NCBI GenBank assembly: GCA_965116875.1
Contig: OZ220733.1
Location: forward strand, 3,168,001 to 3,232,000
Direction of reading: 5' to 3'
Length of the DNA stretch: 64,000 nucleotides
DNA from: Candidatus Latescibacterota bacterium
GTDB lineage: Bacteria; Latescibacterota; UBA2968; GCA-2709665
The notes beneath the pieces were generated by a model. That model saw only the letters and a program-made list of their open reading frames with translations, had not been told where the DNA came from and did not search any database. The position numbers and the translations under genes are program-made. This document shows, in pieces, positions 47,415-56,940 of the stretch; the stretch's first letter is position 1, and each line of letters opens with the position of its first letter.

Positions 47415-47443
47415 AATATATCCCGTCCGGCCATGATTGTCAA
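47415..47443 (-). promoter_or_regulatory. sigma70-type promoter for the repeat-selenoprotein transcript
   Basis: Minus strand TTGACA-N17-TATATT; predicted start site about 47408-47409. Confidence 0.7.
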
Positions 47444-47481
47444 TGTCAGGCCCGTGGTATCGGTGTATATGGGAAATCCGC

Positions 47482-47510
47482 TTGACCGTCAACCTCGCGA
47501 AGGTTAGATT
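47482..47510 (+). promoter_or_regulatory. sigma70-type promoter of the carboxypeptidase operon (divergent)
   Basis: TTGACC-N17-TAGATT, 50 nt upstream of ATG 47560. Confidence 0.55.
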
Positions 47511-47559
47511 GAGGCGGCATTCCAGACCGATGTCGGCAAGGTAAAAAAGGAGAGGTACA

Positions 47560-49071
47560 ATGTCTCCGGAGCGGGCTTACGACGGCCTCATCGGCCGGTG
47601 GAAGGAACTTCATTTGCTGGAGTCCTGCGCGGCCGTGCTGGGTTGGGATGAACGCACGTATATGCCCCGCGGCGGCGCGGCGCACCGTGCCGAACAGCAC
47701 GCCCTGATGGCCGGGATGGCGCACGACCGCGCAACGGCGCCCGAGGTGGGGGATTTGCTGTCGCGCATCGAGGAAGGCGATGAGCAACTCCCGTCCGATT
47801 CGGCGTCCGCCGTAAACGTCAGGGAAATCCGGCGGGAGTACGACCGAAGGACGAAGTTGCAACGGTCACTGGTGGAGGCGCTTGCGAAGGCGACGACGTT
47901 GGCGGAGCATGCCTGGCAGGAGGCGAGGGAGAAATCGGCGTTCGAGCTGTTCCGGCCGGAGTTCGAGGACGTCCTGCGGCTCACCCGGGAGGTGGCGGAG
48001 GCCCTGAAGACCGGAGGTTCGGCCTACGACGCGCTTCTGGACCGGTTTGAACCCGGTGAGACCTCACGGAATCTCAAAAGGGTGTTCGGGGCGCTCCGGG
48101 ACGAACTGGCTCCCCTGGTTGCGGCCATCGTGGATACAGGCAGGGAGCCCGACGCGTCGATTCTGACGCGGGACTATCCCGTGGCAAAACAAACGGCGTT
48201 CGGCGTCGCCGCGGCAGAAGCCATCGGGTTCGACTTCGAGCGCGGGCGGCTGGACGAGACAGTGCATCCTTTCTGCACGGGGATCGGTCCGGGCGATACC
48301 AGAATAACCACCCGGTACGACCGCAACCAGTTCGCGCAGGCTTTCTTCGGGACGTTGCACGAGGCGGGTCACGGCCTGTACGACCAGGGGCTGGACGCCG
48401 CGCATTCCGGGACACCGATGGCTGAGGCCGTATCTCTGGGAATTCACGAGTCCCAGTCCCGGATGTGGGAGAATTTCGTAGGGCGCGGCAGTGCGTTCTG
48501 GACGCACTTTTTCCCGAAAGCGCGGGATGAGTTTCCCCCGGCGCTGTCGGATGTATCGTTGGATGCGTTCTATTTCGCGGTCAACGACGTGCGGCCGTCG
48601 TTCATCCGTGTGGAAGCGGACGAGGCCACGTACAATTTGCACATTCTGCTGCGGTTCGCGCTCGAGGAGGCGCTGGTGGAGGGCGATCTGGCGGTGGCGG
48701 ACGTTCCCGGCGCGTGGAACGAGCGGTTCGAGCGGGATTTCGGATTGAAGCCGCCGGACGATGCCCGCGGATGCCTGCAGGACGTACACTGGAGCGCCGG
48801 GTTGATCGGATACTTCCCTACCTATACCCTTGGTAACCTGTATGCCGCTCAGTTTTTCGAAGCGGCCCGAAACGACCTGGGCGATCTCGACGGACAGTTC
48901 GCCAAAGGCGAATTCGGTCCGCTGCTGGGTTGGCTGAGGGAAAGGATCCATCTGCACGGAAAGCGCTATCGGGCAACGGAACTGGTGGAGGTGGTTACAG
49001 GGAAACCTCTGGGTCACAGGGCATTGATGATGCATCTGAAGGCCAAATTCGGACCGCTGTATGGGGTCTGA
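47560..49071 (+). CDS. Carboxypeptidase Taq (M32)
   Basis: HPF, DTRITT, HEAGH, IHESQ, IRVEADE, QDVHW, GYFPTYTLG. Confidence 0.95.
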   Translation: MSPERAYDGLIGRWKELHLLESCAAVLGWDERTYMPRGGAAHRAEQHALMAGMAHDRATAPEVGDLLSRIEEGDEQLPSDSASAVNVREIRREYDRRTKLQRSLVEALAKATTLAEHAWQEAREKSAFELFRPEFEDVLRLTREVAEALKTGGSAYDALLDRFEPGETSRNLKRVFGALRDELAPLVAAIVDTGREPDASILTRDYPVAKQTAFGVAAAEAIGFDFERGRLDETVHPFCTGIGPGDTRITTRYDRNQFAQAFFGTLHEAGHGLYDQGLDAAHSGTPMAEAVSLGIHESQSRMWENFVGRGSAFWTHFFPKARDEFPPALSDVSLDAFYFAVNDVRPSFIRVEADEATYNLHILLRFALEEALVEGDLAVADVPGAWNERFERDFGLKPPDDARGCLQDVHWSAGLIGYFPTYTLGNLYAAQFFEAARNDLGDLDGQFAKGEFGPLLGWLRERIHLHGKRYRATELVEVVTGKPLGHRALMMHLKAKFGPLYGV

Positions 49072-50029
49072 GCCTTCCAGTCGCCGGCCGGTCATTCTGG
49101 ATGCGGATCCGGGCGTGGACGACGCACTGGCCATCATGCTGGCGCTGGGCTCTCCCGAACTGGACGTGCTTGGCATCTGCACCGTGAGCGGCAATGTGCC
49201 GCTGGATACCGGAACCGGGAACGCGCTGAAGGTGCTGGCATTATTGGGCCGCAGCGAGGTCCCGGTGTACACCGGCGCCAGGCGTCCGCTCAGGAGGGAA
49301 GCCGTTTACGCCACCGAGGTGCACGGGCTGGAAGGACTGGGAGATTCCGAATTGCCGCGGCCGGACCGCCCGCCTTCGGGTGATGCGGTTTCGTTTATCG
49401 CCGAAACCCTGTCGGCGCGTCCGGGGGAGGTGACCCTGATCGCCGTCGGTCCGTTGACCAACCTGGCCCTGGCCGAAGCGCGGGCGCCCGGGGTGTTGAA
49501 AACGGCCCGGGAGGTGTGTGCGATGGGCGGCGCCGTTGACGAGCCAGGCAACATTACGCCCGCGGCCGAGTTCAATTTCTTCGCGGATCCCGACGCCGCG
49601 AGGCAGGTCGTTCGTTCCGGGGCAAATATTACGCTGGCGCCGCTGGACGTCACCCATCGGGTGGCGTTGGTGGCATCGCACCTTGCACGGATGCCGGCAA
49701 CACCCGTGGGTCGATTCGTAAAGGAGGCGGTGCGGCCGGCCATGGAACTTGCCATGCGGCTTGAGGCGGGACGCCGGTTTTTTCTGCACGATCCGTTGGC
49801 TGTCGGGCTGGCGATCGATCCGTCCTTCTTCCGAATCGAAACGATATTCGCGGACGTGGAAACAGAGGGTGATCTCACCGCGGGCCAGGTGGTGGCGGAC
49901 CGGCGGTTGTTCACGCAGGAAGGGAACCGCAAGGGACTGCCGGTGAGATGCGCGGTGGACGTGGACGCCGCCCGTTTTCTGGAGCTGTTTCTGTCCCGGA
50001 TTTACCAGCGGAAGGGTTTGTCACATTGA
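49061..50029 (+). CDS. Nucleoside hydrolase (IUNH family)
   Basis: DADPGVDD, VHG..GLG, GPLTNLA, AEFNF.ADP, LHDP. Confidence 0.92.
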   Translation: MGSEPSSRRPVILDADPGVDDALAIMLALGSPELDVLGICTVSGNVPLDTGTGNALKVLALLGRSEVPVYTGARRPLRREAVYATEVHGLEGLGDSELPRPDRPPSGDAVSFIAETLSARPGEVTLIAVGPLTNLALAEARAPGVLKTAREVCAMGGAVDEPGNITPAAEFNFFADPDAARQVVRSGANITLAPLDVTHRVALVASHLARMPATPVGRFVKEAVRPAMELAMRLEAGRRFFLHDPLAVGLAIDPSFFRIETIFADVETEGDLTAGQVVADRRLFTQEGNRKGLPVRCAVDVDAARFLELFLSRIYQRKGLSH

Positions 50030-50772
50030 AAGCGATCATCATCGGCGCGGGGCGGGGATTGCGATTGATGCCGCACACGAAGAACGCGCCGAAATGCCTT
50101 GCCGAAGTGAAAGGCAGGCGCATTCTGGATTGGGGCCTCGACGCCTTGCGTTCGGCCGGTCTGCGGGATATCGTGTTCGTCGGCGGTTACCGCATCGAGC
50201 AGGTGCAGACCGAGTATCCCGGCCTTACGTATTGCCATAATGCGGACTGGCCCAATAACAACATCCTGATTTCGCTGATGCACGCGGAATTCCACATGGA
50301 CGATGGCTTCGTCTGCGCCTATTCGGACATTCTCTACAGGCCTGAGATTGTCTCGAACCTGATGCGCAGTTTGCACGAGATCACGCTGGTCTGCGACACG
50401 GCCTGGCGTGCGCGGTACCGAAAGCGGACCGAGCATCCCGAGAACGACGCCGAGAAAGTGGCCACCGTGGGCAACCGGGTGGTAACGATCGGAAGGAACG
50501 TACCCGGCGAAATCGCCCACGGCGAATATACGGGCGTCGCCCGATTCGGTCCGGAGGGAACCGTACAATTGCGGGATGCGTATCACCGGGCAAAGTCGCT
50601 CTACAACGGGCGGCCTTTCCAATCGGCCGCCACCTTTCAGAAAGCGTATCTGATCGACCTGTACCAGGAGATGCTGGACGCCGAGGTCCCGATCCATCTC
50701 ATGGAGACGGACGGAGGGTACATGGAAATCGATACGAATCAGGATTTCCGGATCGCACGGGAGGAATGGTAG
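50026..50772 (+). CDS. Phosphocholine/phosphonate-type cytidylyltransferase (LicC-like NTP transferase)
   Basis: KAIIIGAGRGLRL..PKCL, NNILISL, YSDI, EIDT..D; TTG start overlaps the upstream TGA. Confidence 0.78.
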   Translation: MKAIIIGAGRGLRLMPHTKNAPKCLAEVKGRRILDWGLDALRSAGLRDIVFVGGYRIEQVQTEYPGLTYCHNADWPNNNILISLMHAEFHMDDGFVCAYSDILYRPEIVSNLMRSLHEITLVCDTAWRARYRKRTEHPENDAEKVATVGNRVVTIGRNVPGEIAHGEYTGVARFGPEGTVQLRDAYHRAKSLYNGRPFQSAATFQKAYLIDLYQEMLDAEVPIHLMETDGGYMEIDTNQDFRIAREEW

Positions 50773-50773
50773 C

Positions 50774-51835
50774 TTGGGAAGCAACCGGATTCTATTCCCC
50801 GCGGGCGTCGTTGGGAGCATGCCCCGTTCGCAGTTCGTACAGGACCTGCTGGATCCCGATAAAGCGCCTGATGATCCCGACGAATTCTCCGTCCGGATGG
50901 ATGCCGCCGTGGACTACGTTCTGGCGTTGCAGGAGGCAGCCGGCCTGGACATCGTCTCCGACGGGGAGTACCGCCGCCGTTCCTATATCGGCATTATCGC
51001 CGACGTCGCGGACGGGTTCGTGCGCGAACGGAAGGAAGGAATCTGGTGGCACACGGTGGTGGAACCCGTCGAAGCGAAACGGACGGGTCTTGCCGCGGCC
51101 GAGGCGAAATATCTGAAGGCAAGGACCGGTAAAGCCGTCAAGGTGTGCCTGCCTTCTCCCTATCTGCTGGGCCAGCGGATGTGGCATCCGCAACGTTCGG
51201 TCGACGCGTATCCCACGCGCGAGGCGTTCATGCGCGCGCTGGTGCCCATTCTGCGTGGGGAACTGCTGCTGCTGCGGGACGCGGGCGCCGACGTGGTCCA
51301 GTTTGACGATCCGCACCTCTGTCTGTTCGTGGATTCCGATGTTCGCGGGAGGTACGCGAACCCGGACCGGGAGGTGGACCTCTGCGTGGATCTCATGAAC
51401 GAGATTGTGGACGGCGTTGACGGATTGGCCGTGGCCGTGCATCTGTGCCGGAGAAACAAGGGCCGGGCGGGCTGGGTCGGTGAGGGGGGATACGGGCCGA
51501 TTCTGCCCGCCCTGCTGCGATTGAACGTGGATCAATACGTAATGGAGTTTACCGTCCCCGCCGCGGGCGATATGGACGTATTGGAACAGATCCCGCGAGA
51601 CCGGCAGGTGGGATTGGGCTGTGTGGACTGCAGGTCTCCAGGCATCGATCCCGTTGCCGAGATTGCGCGTCGGGTGGAAACGGCTCTGGAATTCCTGCGT
51701 CCCGAACAGATTCTCCTGAATCCCGACTGCGGCTTTGCCCCGGGCAATGCGGCGGAGATCCCCGTTGAAGAGGCTTTCGCCAAACTGCGCAATGAGGCGG
51801 GCGCCGCGCGAGTGCTTAGAGGGAAATACGGCTAG
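50774..51835 (+). CDS. Cobalamin-independent methionine synthase II family protein
   Basis: VGSMPR, SDGEYRR, QFDDP, HLCRRN, MEF, NPDCGF. Confidence 0.85.
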   Translation: MGSNRILFPAGVVGSMPRSQFVQDLLDPDKAPDDPDEFSVRMDAAVDYVLALQEAAGLDIVSDGEYRRRSYIGIIADVADGFVRERKEGIWWHTVVEPVEAKRTGLAAAEAKYLKARTGKAVKVCLPSPYLLGQRMWHPQRSVDAYPTREAFMRALVPILRGELLLLRDAGADVVQFDDPHLCLFVDSDVRGRYANPDREVDLCVDLMNEIVDGVDGLAVAVHLCRRNKGRAGWVGEGGYGPILPALLRLNVDQYVMEFTVPAAGDMDVLEQIPRDRQVGLGCVDCRSPGIDPVAEIARRVETALEFLRPEQILLNPDCGFAPGNAAEIPVEEAFAKLRNEAGAARVLRGKYG

Positions 51836-51849
51836 GTTTCCCCGTCGCC

Positions 51850-52809
51850 TCAGGGATTCCTGCGGAGCTGGAGGTACGATTCGTATCGCTGGCGGGAGAC
51901 ATCCTCGCGGTCCACTGCATCCCTGACGATGCAACCCGGCTCGCCGACGTGGGTGCAGTCCCTGAACCGGCAGTGTCCGGAGAGGTTTCGAAACTCGGGA
52001 AAAAGCCCGGGGATTTCTTCCGTGTCGATCTCCCAAAGGTGGAATTCCCTCATGCCCGGCAGGTCGCCCACCATGCCGCCGGCTTCGAGTTCGACGAGTT
52101 CCGTGTGGGTGGTGGTGTGACGGCCTTCCCCCGTGGTTTCACTGACTTCACTCGTCCGCAACTCGAGTCCCGGCTGCAGCCAGTTGAGCAGGCTGGATTT
52201 ACCCACCCCCGACGGCCCCATGAAGAGCGAAATCCGGTTCCTGAGGAGGTTCAGGAACGCTTCCTCGCCTCTCCCGGAGATGATGCTGGTGAACGCAACC
52301 GGGTAGCCGATTTTTTCGTAAATCGACGCCGTCGTCTCGAACGCGGCGGGGCAGGGAAGATCCAGTTTGTTGAAACAGATGGCGGCCGGGATCTCACACC
52401 ATTCCGCAACGGCCAGCATACGGTCGAGCATACGCCAGTCCGGAGGCGGTTCAGCTACCGAAAAGACCGGGATGAGCTGGTCGATGTTGGCGGCCAGGAT
52501 CTGTTCTTTCCGTGAACTGCCGGATGCCCGTCTGGATATCTTGTTCCGCCTCGGCAGGATTTCACGGATCAGACCGGTATTCCCTTCGCCTGTATCGATT
52601 CGTACGTGGTCGCCTATGGCGACCGGATCCACGACGCGAGAGCGTCGAACGGCCTGTACCCGCTTTCTCCGCGAACCGGGCGCCGCTTCGGGATATTGAA
52701 GCTGTTTTCTCAGTTTGCTCGACACGGCACAATCCACCACCCGGCTTCCGGCGGCCACGTAATAGTGCCTTCGGTGTTCCCGGATAACAATGCCTTCTAC
52801 GTGTGCCAT
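51850..52809 (-). CDS. rsgA: Ribosome small subunit-dependent GTPase A
   Basis: NKLD, GPSGVGKSS, GRHTTT, DLPG, CRFRDCTHVGEPGC; exact start uncertain. Confidence 0.92.
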   Translation of the reverse strand: MAHVEGIVIREHRRHYYVAAGSRVVDCAVSSKLRKQLQYPEAAPGSRRKRVQAVRRSRVVDPVAIGDHVRIDTGEGNTGLIREILPRRNKISRRASGSSRKEQILAANIDQLIPVFSVAEPPPDWRMLDRMLAVAEWCEIPAAICFNKLDLPCPAAFETTASIYEKIGYPVAFTSIISGRGEEAFLNLLRNRISLFMGPSGVGKSSLLNWLQPGLELRTSEVSETTGEGRHTTTHTELVELEAGGMVGDLPGMREFHLWEIDTEEIPGLFPEFRNLSGHCRFRDCTHVGEPGCIVRDAVDREDVSRQRYESYLQLRRNP

Positions 52810-53183
52810 AACGGGTCCGGACGGTTGGGGACGTGTCGAATCGCTTTTCTGCGCCGGGATTCTCTGGCTTTCCAACATGCTGAAAAAAGAAGGCTTATGG
52901 TTGACGTCGGTCATCGAGCAATGGGTCGTGGGGGACCGAAAATACAGAGCCGGGGATTCGTTGTCAAGAGAAACGACTTCGCGGCGCATTTTCCGGATCG
53001 CGGCCGTGGGGAGCCCGGCGAATCGGGTTGACTTTGGACAGCCGTTTGTATATTCTTCAAAAGTGGGGGGACGTGTGACGGTAGGCAAAAAAGGACCGCA
53101 CCGCGCCAGTCGGTCTCCCGCTCCTTTTCGCGGTACGCCTCCAACTTTCTGATCGCGAAGGACCGTTTTCTCAGGGACCTCTT

Positions 53184-53933
53184 ATGGACCAGGATCTGTC
53201 ACCGATTTTCAATCGCTGGATCTTCGATCCTCGGAAGACCTGTGCCAGAAAGATCGTGGGAATCGACGGAAGAGAGAAGCTTCAGGTCCGTTTCGAGCTG
53301 GGCCTCCTTCAGATGGAAATGACCGGTCGACCGGACGGCAAGTCACCGAAGGGATACGGATCGGCCCTCGATGCGTACCTGGATCGCCTGGAAGCCCACC
53401 GCCGGCAACACGGTTCAGACGAAGGATTCCGGCTGGATGAACAGGCATGCAACGTGTTGTGGACGGAAGGCGTACAATTCTATCAGCGGTACGTCTGTCT
53501 GATGCACCTGGGCGATTACGAAGGCGTTCTGAGGGATACCACGCACAATCTGGCACTGCTGGATCTGGTGAGGACATTCGGTGGCGATGAAGAGATCAAA
53601 TGTGAATTCGAGCGTTCAAGAACGTGTGTGCTCATGGTACATACCAGGTCCAAGGGCGAAATCTGTCTGCAGAATGGAAATTCCGAGGGTGCGCTGGAGG
53701 TGGTGCGGGAGGGCATCGAGGAAATTCGGAGCTTCCTGATCGGGTCCGGGGAACCGGACTCGCTTGAATCCAGCGATGAGCTGCGTACGCTGGAAGACTG
53801 GGAGGAAGAGATTCGGCGGCAATATCCCGCCCCCGACAGGAAGGACCTTTTGGCGCAAATCCAGACGGCGGTTGCCCGTGAGCGTTACGAACAGGCCGCG
53901 ATCTTGAGAAACCGTCTTCGTGGATTGAACTGA
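53184..53933 (+). CDS. UvrB/UvrC-motif-containing protein
   Basis: KLQVRFELGLLQME..GRPDG; C-terminal AVARERYEQAAILRNRL. Confidence 0.75.
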   Translation: MDQDLSPIFNRWIFDPRKTCARKIVGIDGREKLQVRFELGLLQMEMTGRPDGKSPKGYGSALDAYLDRLEAHRRQHGSDEGFRLDEQACNVLWTEGVQFYQRYVCLMHLGDYEGVLRDTTHNLALLDLVRTFGGDEEIKCEFERSRTCVLMVHTRSKGEICLQNGNSEGALEVVREGIEEIRSFLIGSGEPDSLESSDELRTLEDWEEEIRRQYPAPDRKDLLAQIQTAVARERYEQAAILRNRLRGLN

Positions 53934-54113
53934 AACCGTTTTCCACAAGTGAACAGGATGTCCTCGCGGGGCTCCGGCGCCGGGTGGACGACAAGACCGC
54001 ATATTCCGAATCTGAACAGCAGTGCGTTTTCAGATCCGGTTTTTTTGTTTGTGGATGGGGAGCGGTTCGCCCGTTCGCAGCCGAAGGGCAGGCGGACTTG
54101 AAGGGAGCCGTGG

Positions 54114-55373
54114 ATGAATCCGGAGTTCATGATCGCGCGCAGGCACTTCCGGTCCTTGCGCGCCAGGAGACGAATCTCCTTTACGATATGTATCGCGGCG
54201 GTCGGCGTGGCGTTGGGTGTCTCGTCGCTGGAGATCGTGATGTCCGTCATGAACGGTTATGCCAATATGATCCGCGAGCGTCTGCTGGGCGTAAACGCGC
54301 ACGTGACGGTGCGCAGGTCCTATCGCAAGCCCATGGAGGACTACAAGCCCTTGATCCGCACCCTGGAAGACCAGCCTGAAGTGCTCGCGGCGTCTCCGTT
54401 TATCCACGCGGAAGGTTTTGTCTTCCGGAAACCGGCCGGAGCGGGCGTGGTGAAATCGGGTGTTCTGGTGCGAGGCGTGGACCCATCGGCCCTTGCGCGC
54501 ACCAGCGACATTGGCACGTACATCCGGGACGGAACAATCGACCTCCGTCCGCTTGCGAAAGTGGGGTCGCGTGCGGTACACGGCATCCTGTTGGGCCAGG
54601 TTCTGGCACAAAGGCTGGATGCGGGCCCGGGAGACGACCTGTACCTGGGTCTGGTACCGAAAGACGTTGTTGGCGGCCGCGGACGCCGTTGGCAGCGTTA
54701 CCGGGTAACCGGGGTCTTCAACACCGGTTATTTCGAGTTCGATTCCAGGCTCGTTTATATCTCGCTTGCCGCCGCGAGGCGGGATCTGGGCTGGCAGGAC
54801 GCCGTAACCGGTATTCGACTGCGATTGGAGGATCCAATGGCAGCCGAACAACTGGACGCGACGTTCAGGCAACTCCTCAGAGAGACGTATCCCGGTCTTT
54901 TCGCTTCGTCGTGGACTCGGAATTTCGGGAATTTCTACGTTTTGATCCAGTTGCAGAAGTGGACGTTTTTCCTGATTCTGAGCCTGATCGTGGTTGTGGC
55001 GGGGTTCAACATCATCAGCATTCTGACCATGAATGTCACGGACCGTCGCCGGGAGATTGGAATTCTGAAGGCAATGGGAATGATCCCGGGGCGAATCGGT
55101 CGGATTTTTACCCTGGAGGGCGTGGTCGTCGGCGTTACGGGAATCGCAACCGGGAATCTGCTCGGGTTTTCTCTTTGCTGGATTCAGAAGCGGTTCGAGT
55201 TGATTCGGGTGCCGGGAGAGGTCTATTACGTCAGTTCGCTGCCGGTGGAGATGCGCTCCGAGGATTTCGGGCTTGTATCCCTGTGCGCCGTTCTGATCTG
55301 TTATCTCTTCAGCCTGTTCCCTTCCCGGGACGCGGCGGCCCTGGATCCAGTGGATGCAATCCGCTATGAGTGA
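54114..55373 (+). CDS. LolC/E-family lipoprotein-releasing ABC permease
   Basis: GVALGV..IVMSVMNG, MacB-like periplasmic domain, AGFNI, REIGILKAMG, YYVSSLPV, LDPVDAIRYE. Confidence 0.88.
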   Translation: MNPEFMIARRHFRSLRARRRISFTICIAAVGVALGVSSLEIVMSVMNGYANMIRERLLGVNAHVTVRRSYRKPMEDYKPLIRTLEDQPEVLAASPFIHAEGFVFRKPAGAGVVKSGVLVRGVDPSALARTSDIGTYIRDGTIDLRPLAKVGSRAVHGILLGQVLAQRLDAGPGDDLYLGLVPKDVVGGRGRRWQRYRVTGVFNTGYFEFDSRLVYISLAAARRDLGWQDAVTGIRLRLEDPMAAEQLDATFRQLLRETYPGLFASSWTRNFGNFYVLIQLQKWTFFLILSLIVVVAGFNIISILTMNVTDRRREIGILKAMGMIPGRIGRIFTLEGVVVGVTGIATGNLLGFSLCWIQKRFELIRVPGEVYYVSSLPVEMRSEDFGLVSLCAVLICYLFSLFPSRDAAALDPVDAIRYE

Positions 55374-55426
55374 ACGTCACCGCGTGGTTCCCGACGACGT
55401 CTGCCAATCCGGACGGAGGACCTGTG

Positions 55427-56677
55427 ATGGTTGAGATCCTGATTGCACGACGGTATCTTCGCTCGATGCGGCGCCGGAAACGGGTCTCGTTCACGGTGGT
55501 GGTGGCGGCAGCCGGCGTAGGTCTGGGCGTGGCTGCGCTGGTGATCGTGTTGTCGGTGTCGAACGGGTTCTCAACACTGGTATGGGACCGGTTGCTGGGT
55601 GTGAACGCGCATGCCACGGTCAGGAAGGAAGCGGGGCAGCGGATCGAGGCCCCGCGGGAACTCCTGAACGCGCTGTCCTCCCAACCGCAGGTTACTGCCG
55701 TTTCTCCATTTGTGGCTTCGGAAGGCGCCCTGTTGCACCGGTCCTTCGAGGAGGAGGTATACAGCGCGGGTGTGATGGTGAGGGGCGTGACGCCGGACGG
55801 ACTGAAGGCGGTAAGCGATCTGGCGGATTATATCTGGGGTGGGGCCCTGGATCTGGGTCCCCGGGAAGCGAAAGGCCGGGGGCGGGTGTACGGAATCGTG
55901 ATCGGTCGCTACCTCGCCGATCAGCTGGGCGTACGGATAGGATCGGAAGTCCATCTCTGGATCCTGCCTCAGGAGATTTTCACGGCGGAGACCCGGTTCC
56001 GGCGTTACGTGGTCACCGGCATCTTCAGTTCCGGCAATCCTGAGTTCGATAGCGGACTGGCCTATGTGTCGCTCGACGCGGCCCGAAGGGACCTGGGTTG
56101 GGATCGCCACGTTACAGGCGTCCGCCTCCGGTTCGACGATGCGTTCCGTGCGCAGGAAATCAGTGCGGACATCGAGAAAGCGGTCAGGCGGCTGGACCCG
56201 GCGTTTGCCGTCCACCCATGGATGCGGGACCACGGCAATCTGTATTTTTCGATTCACCTGGAGAAGTGGGCGAGTTTTCTGGGTATCGGGCTGATCGTGG
56301 TGGTAGCCGGATTCAACATCGTCAGCGTGCTGACCATGAACGTCACGGAAAGACGCCGGGAGATCGGCATCCTGAAGGCCCTTGGGGTGCCGCCGCACAG
56401 GATTGGAAGGATATTCACGTGGCAGGGACTGGCTGTGGGGCTGTCCGGCGTTTTGCTTGGAAATCTGCTGGGGCTTGCCCTGTGTTGGGCGCAGCAGCGG
56501 TTCGAACTGCTGGAGATTCCGGGAGACGTCCTGATCACCCGGGCATTGCCCGTGGAGATGCAGGTCTCAGATTTCCTGGCGATCTCGGCTTCCGCCACAT
56601 TGATCTGCTATCTGTTCACGCTGTTCCCCGCCAGAGACGCCGCCGCGCTGGATCCCGTTGAGGCAATTAGGACGTAG
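55427..56677 (+). CDS. Second LolC/E-family ABC permease
   Basis: Same motifs as the upstream paralog; RBS GGAGGA before GTG 55424/ATG 55427. Confidence 0.88.
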   Translation: MVEILIARRYLRSMRRRKRVSFTVVVAAAGVGLGVAALVIVLSVSNGFSTLVWDRLLGVNAHATVRKEAGQRIEAPRELLNALSSQPQVTAVSPFVASEGALLHRSFEEEVYSAGVMVRGVTPDGLKAVSDLADYIWGGALDLGPREAKGRGRVYGIVIGRYLADQLGVRIGSEVHLWILPQEIFTAETRFRRYVVTGIFSSGNPEFDSGLAYVSLDAARRDLGWDRHVTGVRLRFDDAFRAQEISADIEKAVRRLDPAFAVHPWMRDHGNLYFSIHLEKWASFLGIGLIVVVAGFNIVSVLTMNVTERRREIGILKALGVPPHRIGRIFTWQGLAVGLSGVLLGNLLGLALCWAQQRFELLEIPGDVLITRALPVEMQVSDFLAISASATLICYLFTLFPARDAAALDPVEAIRT

Positions 56678-56697
56678 TCCGCACCCTGAAAGCCGGA

Positions 56698-56862
56698 ATG
56701 GACCCCGACCCTTACAAATCGTATCCGCCGGGCGACCCCAGGCGTCCGCCATCTCGGGTGTTTCTGGTGCTGCTGGCCGTTGCCGTTGCGATTGTGGTCA
56801 CGCTGTTCGCCGCGCTCATCGTCTATCTGCGCGACGTCTGGACTGCCCGGCCGCTGGGATAG
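56698..56862 (+). CDS. 54-aa single-pass membrane protein (below the ORF-track cutoff)
   Basis: MDPDPYKSYPPGDPRRPPSRVFLVLLAVAVAIVVTLFAALIVYLRDVWTARPLG; 24-residue hydrophobic run; lies between the lolC/E stop and the terminator. Confidence 0.6.
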   Translation: MDPDPYKSYPPGDPRRPPSRVFLVLLAVAVAIVVTLFAALIVYLRDVWTARPLG

Positions 56863-56889
56863 ATTGGATGGTTGAAGTCAAATGCGAAG

Positions 56890-56915
56890 AGGCCCGGGCT
56901 ACCGTCCGGGCCTTT
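56890..56915. terminator. Hairpin terminator between convergent genes
   Basis: AGGCCCGG-loop-CCGGGCCT followed by TT. Confidence 0.55.
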
Positions 56916-56940
56916 GACTTTACCCGCACCGCAGCGCCGT

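Noticed and set aside
46893-47507. ORFs 46893-47492, 47028-47507 and 47077-47436 across the array
   Set aside because: Low-complexity translations of a stop-poor repeat whose length is a multiple of three; no RBS support
52810-53183. Riboswitch or ncRNA between rsgA and the UvrB/C-motif gene
   Set aside because: Only generic hairpins and a poorly spaced promoter; no recognisable consensus
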